A stretch of DNA of 64,000 nt from Chrysomallon squamiferum (lineage: Eukaryota > Animalia > Mollusca). Location: the NCBI GenBank assembly GCA_012295275.1, contig CM022670.1, positions 24,490,001 to 24,554,000 on the forward strand. The letters run 5' to 3'. Below the pieces are notes generated by a model. That model searched no databases. It was given only the letters and a program-made list of their open reading frames with translations, and was not told the origin of the DNA. Numbering within the stretch: position 1 is the first letter of the stretch; each line of letters begins with the position of its first letter. Shown here piece after piece: positions 57,181-64,000 of the stretch. A program made the position numbers and the translations under genes.

Positions 57181-58263
57181 ATCAGCATGACTGTGTGTAA
57201 GAGAGATATGTCAGTTTACTTTGGTTAGCGATAATGAATTAATAATGTTATGTGCGGACGCATTTTTTTCTTTCAGTATGCATTAAAAATACGTAACGCG
57301 TTTACGGTAAAAAAAATCTTACTATTATCATCTATATTGTGATTTTAGATTAAAAAGGATGAAGAGAACAGAAACATTTTTGTTTAATGTGTATAATTAG
57401 TAAGTGAACTGGTTTCTCTCTTAGAATTAGCTCTGAGATGTGTTTTTAATCGATCATAAAATTTATTATTATTATTATTATTTTTTTTTTTTTTTTTTTT
57501 TAACGGAAAGGAAATATCGATGAATTTGAAATGACAACTAAATAAGAAGAATAAAGAAACCAGATTTATGTAAATTGGTAAATGAACCATGGTCCTTTAA
57601 AATCAAAACTTGTATGAACATGAAGATGCCAAGTTCATTACATACAGAGGTAATCAGGTATTTCGGTCTGTGTTGTTTTATAAAAGATACATTAGTGTTC
57701 TCCAGATACAGAACCAGAGTTACTGAGATACAGTTAAAAATATACTCGTTGAGAATTAGATCTGAAATAGTTAACAGTCGCGTAGTATACGAAGAAGGTA
57801 AAAATTTAAAGATGAAAGAAAATAAAAATAAGACACACACACACACGCAATAGATTATTACAAAATTCTAAACAAAATTCTGGCCTCTTCACATCCCAAC
57901 AATTGCTCCACCATTAATACATTCCTATCTCTATGTGTAACCACATGTGTAACTCAAATTAAGAAAAGAAAAAAAAAATACACAGATAAAATGTGTGATG
58001 AGTGCCTCTTCAAAAAATAATTTCAGTTTATAAATCTGACACGTACGATATCGCATGCTGATCCACTGATAATGAACTAACAGTGTTGTTCAGTTGTGTG
58101 ACTTTGTGACACATGAACTTTAAGCTGCAGGCTTTGAAGCAAGGCTAACATGCCTTAAGGCAAAAGTAACGACGGACAGAAAAGAGAGGAACCTCAGATT
58201 GTTTATGTTAAATTAACACTTAAAACAAGCTGAACTTCTCGCAGCAAAATTAATATGTTAGTG

Positions 58264-58362
<99 letters not shown>

Positions 58363-59632
58363 TGAACACGCTAAAACATTAAATATTTCATATGATAAAA
58401 TTTGTTTAAAATATACAGTAAACAATAACAAAAACAAGTAGAACAAAAAATAAGCAATAATTTCTAAATAACGTAAAAATTAAAATGCCAGCTCACTGTT
58501 GTTCAGTGTGATTGGAATTCAAGCATCAAGAACTGATTTAATTTTTAACGCTGCCGATAACAGCATGGAAACATCCAAAGGACAGGAGGTTTTTCAATCG
58601 ATCGTTCTTACACCAAATATGTAAACAGATTTAGAAATCTCCAAAATGTGTTTGAATTAGTGTAGTTTTTTTTAACATTACTGAAATGTTAGAAATTATC
58701 AGTTTAAATAACTTTAAAACCACAGGCTACCGAATTTGAAAGTAAGAGTAATAATAATAATAATAATGATATTAATGTCAACACACGTATTTTCTTTTTT
58801 ATGCATCTAAATATTCTCGGTGATTACCAAAATTTAGAGATAATGAAATTCAGCTCTATATTTTAACAATGTTAACGTATTATCCTGTTTATGGGAATGT
58901 TTACATAAAAAGCCAACAATCGCGTATCCTCATTCCGTTTAATTAAAATGTTAAATCATATACAACGCTTAATAATGCCTTATAACTCGTACATACAACA
59001 TTTGTTGACAGCAGTCTTTTATTAAAACGTTTTTCGTTTTTTCCTGTATTTTAATAACATGTTTTTGAATACTCTTGCAACAGAGCAAAGATTGCGCGTA
59101 AATACAAACTCATATATGTAGTAATGACATTTGTCATGGGTTACTGAAGCGAACAAGGTTTCATGATTGAAATGCAATTTGAAATATAATCTCACATGAA
59201 TGCATTACATTTAACGGAGACATATGAAATAATCCAGATTAATTTTATAAGTAAGCTACAATCTGAATGCCGTTCTAAGCAGTTTTAATAACTTAATAAA
59301 CGTGATTGTATTGTGACAAGTAAGACTATTTGATGACAATACAGTGACTTAATTTTGATGTCAGACTATCTGAAGTTAAGTTACATTAAATTATTCGATT
59401 TTGTCTGTTAACATAACAAACATTAGTGTGTTTTCACACCAGAAACTATCCCAAAAAAAGAAATATTCAGATATCCTAGATATTTGTTTTTCAGTTTAAT
59501 AAACCTAATTCACATCAGAGTCTGTTGATGAATTAGTGTATTTTGAAAGATAAGTTAGATTTGGCAAATGAATTGAATGTGAGGACACACACACACACAC
59601 ACACGCCCTCCACCCACCCACACACACACACT

Positions 59633-59671
<39 letters not shown>

Positions 59672-60269
59672 AGACACACACACACACATACTGAGAAACC
59701 CACTCACACAGAACACTGACCATCTAAAGTGATCTGTCTCTCCTACGAGTTGTGTTCGTGATTTTCCAACACGAACACGTGTTAATGTGTCACGTAAATG
59801 GAGCAAATTAAGGCCCAACGAATCTCATTAACGTATATTTCAAATCAAAGTAGATGGTCTGAAATATAACCAGTCTGTTTAGAACAGTCCTCAGATGGAC
59901 TTATAGCCGGCAGGATGAAAGTTGTAAAGAGAAATCAATATTCAAATGTCCACTTCGAGTACTCATATAACTTTATCTTCAAGTTAAGGCATTAACGTCT
60001 AGACTCTTCACCACGAGCCTCAGAGATCTAAACTGTCTGCGTGCACTTGTAGAAGGATCGTATTTATAATGATTTGATTGTAGCATTGCATATACATTGT
60101 TACCATGAAAAAGGAATCTCGTTTTGTTTACGTATTATGAATATGATTTCTTTTATTATTTCTTTATTTTATTTACATATACACCATCGTTTAAAGTTTT
60201 TCTAATTTATTATTTACTTTAAAAAGAAACTTAGGATGAACAATTATCACAAAAATGTATTACTAGGTA

Positions 60270-60422
60270 TATGATTGAAAGACAGAAGACTAATAATAAT
60301 AATAATAATCATAATAAGAGACTGTATATATAGTCTTTTATTATTATTATTATTATTATTTTTATGATTGTAATTATTATTTAATTATTATTATTATTAT
60401 TATTATTGTAATTATTTTATTA

Positions 60423-60473
<51 letters not shown>

Positions 60474-60508
60474 TGTTGTTATTATTAGTCTTCTGTCTTT
60501 CAGTCATA
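60270..60508. repeat. Foldback / inverted repeat with internal (AAT)n/(ATT)n
   Basis: TATGATTGAAAGACAGAAGACTAATAAT (60270-60297) matches the reverse complement of 60481-60508 at 27/28; central AGACTGTATATATAGTCT hairpin near 60319-60336. Confidence 0.75.
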
Positions 60509-60898
60509 CACACTGAAATTGCAGAAGATCCGTGATATCTTTCAGAGATTCTCATTCGAGCAGGGATTTGTAACACACGAAACACATTAATCATCATTTT
60601 CTCCTGGCAGCAATAAAACTGAACAAACTACTAATTAGGCATTTCTGGAGGAAAGTCTTAAGGCACACAGTCATCCGCAAACTCTTCTGGGATCAGAGGA
60701 TCTGGAGACAGGCAACACGTTTCTGCGGACACTGACAAACAGGAACAGTGTACCCTTAACTCTTTAATTAATGAAATACAGGCGAGAAAAAGAATTTTGT
60801 AAAAATTCCTACAACGCTAATTAATTAAATAAGTTAAGATTATATTTAATTAACTGGAATAAGAAGATATCTATGCACGTAAAGATTTATGCAAGCAT

Positions 60899-60945
<47 letters not shown>

Positions 60946-61454
60946 TGTATACGTATACACACATACACACATTCATTATACAAACATACAAATATACATA
61001 CATACACATACGCATACATATACATACATACCTATAATATATAATATATACACATACATATCAAGTATACAATCATATACATGTTTGCTATACATACAAA
61101 TAAATACATACACCTGTACAATATCTGCTATGCATACTGAAAATGTATTATATAGATTTAATGTAATTAATAAATACAATTCAAAATAAAAATGAAAGGT
61201 AATTGCTGTTAATGAAATAGGACATTAGTGAAGTAAATCCTCAGAAAAAAAAGAAGTAATCGCGTCATCCTTAACAATTACGTTACTAACGCTAACAATG
61301 AATCACGATTTATGACGTCATATGACACGACCTTTAATCTTTTCCGGTCCTTTATGATGTTGTAAGTAATGAAAGGAAAGAAGGGTTAAGGATATCTGTG
61401 TTTTTATACAGTTTATAATTAATGATGATTCAGTATATAATTAAATGAGTATTT

Positions 61455-61556
<102 letters not shown>

Positions 61557-62009
61557 TGTGAATAGAAACTGACGCCTTTTAATGTAAAGTTTAGTCATCT
61601 TTTATCAATGAAAAGAAACAACAATAAAATAATTTTAATCGTTTAAATCGGTGTCCTTTCCAGATAACTGGTACTGCAGTTATGTCGATTACTGTGCAGC
61701 ATTCTGCATGCCGTAATCCACTTGTAATCCAAGTCACATTAAATTTAACTATTTCCTCTTCATTTTCTTCGATGAGAGGAATTAGTAAGATATCACCTCG
61801 TTTTAATGTGACACTTATAGGCTATCAGCTGTCAGTGAGTCTCAGGGGAAAAAATCAGTAACAGTATCAGTTTAAATCGAGAAATACTTACTTAAACTGA
61901 ATTAATGAAGTTATATGATTCCTGTGACATACTTTAAACTATCTGTTGTAATCCTGTCTCTCAATTTCTTAATGCTCTGTCGTTGCATCTCTTCTTCTCT
62001 GTCTCTCTT

Positions 62010-62097
<88 letters not shown>

Positions 62098-62112
62098 CGC
62101 TTTATTTCTTTT

Positions 62113-62143
<31 letters not shown>

Positions 62144-62415
62144 CGAAATGTAAAATCAACTAAATATAGCAATTTACTCAATCATCTATTTCAATACAGA
62201 TTAACGGACGCAGCCACCGGCATATTGGACAGTATGCTTTCTATTTCTGCACAAAAGATTCCTTGTTAACAAGCGTAGATCGACACATCGGAAGAAAACC
62301 GAAAGTGTATAATCGATTTCATTTAATAACCGTGGAGGCCACTGTATGTACAAAAAAGATTAATTCAGTTTGCCTGCGGCAATAACAATAACAATAATAA
62401 TAATAATAATAATAA

Positions 62416-62446
<31 letters not shown>

Positions 62447-62634
62447 AAGAAGAAGAAGAAGAAGAAGAAAAAGATAAAAAATAAAAATTAAACAAAAAAT
62501 CAAATCAAATCAAATATAGCAATCAATCAATCATTTAAAAGTTAAAAAATTGAATTTCTCTATGTCGTAAATTTTTACTGTTTATTTATCCAAAATTACA
62601 TTTAATAAAAAAATTAAATACGATAAATAAATTC

Positions 62635-62857
62635 AGATTATGGAATCAATATCCAGGGTAACTAAAAAGGATATTTTAGATAAAAGATCATCTGTATTTT
62701 TAACAAAACTATTTACAACTGGTTTTAAATAATATTCAGTGTATTCGGAAATGTTATATCAGGGGTCGGCAACCTTTTGGAGAGAGGGGGCCAGACAGCT
62801 ATGGAGTGATATGGAGGAGGGCCAAGATATCAAATATATTACACACACACGCACACA

Positions 62858-62937
<80 letters not shown>

Positions 62938-64000
62938 GACCTCTCTCTCAATTTTTTCCTCAAGACTGAGCACCTAAAAAGGTTTAAAGAAAAAACAACG
63001 AAGTTAATGTAATAACTGGTGTCCACGTGTTCGGTTGGCGGGCCGGACTAAAACCCCTCGCGGGCGGGATGTGGATCGTGGGCCAAAGGTTGCCGACCCC
63101 TGAGTTATATGATTCGATCCACAATCAGAGATGACTGGTCGACCGGGTGGTATGCTGTTATCTCTCCATGTTTCAATGGACTTGTGTATCTTTGGGAATA
63201 GATAAAATTTTCGAGTCTGAGATTCAAATCGTGATGCTAGATAGTTCATCTGTTTTTTTACTTATACGACCTTTTTCCTGTGAATGAACACTATTTCTGT
63301 TAAATTTATTTCTATTGGTTTGCCAGATGGCTTCGTCCAATTTTGTATTATTTAGTTGCCTTTGGGCTTCGCGGATTTAATTTTCCCTTGATAAGATAAC
63401 AGTTACTGATCCCTCGTCTGCGTTTTGATTATTATTTTGCGCTTTTTTTTTTTTTAGACAGTTGAGAGATTTTGTTTATTTGAATAAACCGTTAATTTTC
63501 GAACATTTTCATATACATTATTGTAAGTTTTAACTATCTCGGGATCTATATTTGAAAGATGGGGTGTTCAACCGGAATTTTCTGCGAATGGAGATTTTTC
63601 TCCTCTTGAGTCTCTAAAATAACCGGCTAGTTTCACTTCATGTTCATTACGCCGTTATCGAAGAGTGCTTCTAAACTAGTTTTGGGTTGGAACAAAATTA
63701 AGGCCTCGGTCCAGTAGTGACCTTTCGGCGTCGTTAGATTTACGATGCTTGTATCTAACCCCTTTATTATGATGGTTATTTCCTTTACCTGAATTTAGTT
63801 TAAATTTAAGACATTTAACCAATTTAAATATATTCTGTTAGATGTACCTTCAGTCCAATGGATTAGATTGTGGATTACTTTCAAACTCGTTGTCTGGGAT
63901 TGCGGGTATTATATTTCTGTTCCTCAAAGTTTTAGCTGCCATTTTAATTTCTTTTAAAAAAATTAATTTGCTTTTTCCTAAAAATAAATAATAATTTGGA
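62635..64000 (-). mobile_element. Decayed Penelope-like retroelement (reverse transcriptase remnant), running off the right edge
   Basis: Minus-strand fragments in expected order: SLLDRGLNFVPT (~63690-63725), IIIK.ADEGSVTVIL (~63395-63440), FYLFPKIHK...PPGRPVISDCGS (63115-63210), then YNISEYTEYYLKP..SFVKNTDDLL...FLVTLDIDS (62640-62758); frameshifts and deletions. Confidence 0.85.
62760..63102. mobile_element. hAT (Charlie-like) MITE inserted in the Penelope RT
   Basis: TIR CAGGGGTCGGCAACCTTT / AAAGGTTGCCGACCCCTG; 8-bp flanks TGTTATAT and AGTTATAT (7/8); internal (CA)n. Confidence 0.88.

Overview
AT-rich, microsatellite-dense metazoan (eukaryotic) genomic DNA, mostly intron/intergenic; the species cannot be determined from this window. 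The main signal is a dispersed array of five paralogous ~86-102-codon exons on the minus strand (ATG at 31588, 20415, 13600, 5903, 973). Each has an in-frame stop upstream of its ATG, a conserved basic N-terminal motif (L-[GAS]-R-x-[GP]-T-x-x-R-[KR]-N-R), an RRxS motif (RRxSAP in four of five), in three cases a K[ST]VSF motif, and a phase-0 GT splice donor. This looks like a cluster of duplicated variable first exons that splice to shared exons left of position 1; I cannot name the host gene. The rest consists of two copies of a TA-flanked MITE, a Tigger/pogo remnant, a decayed Penelope-like retroelement interrupted by a hAT MITE, a tRNA-derived SINE candidate, minisatellites, local duplications, a foldback and many simple repeats. 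Most ORFs in the supplied track are microsatellite artefacts.
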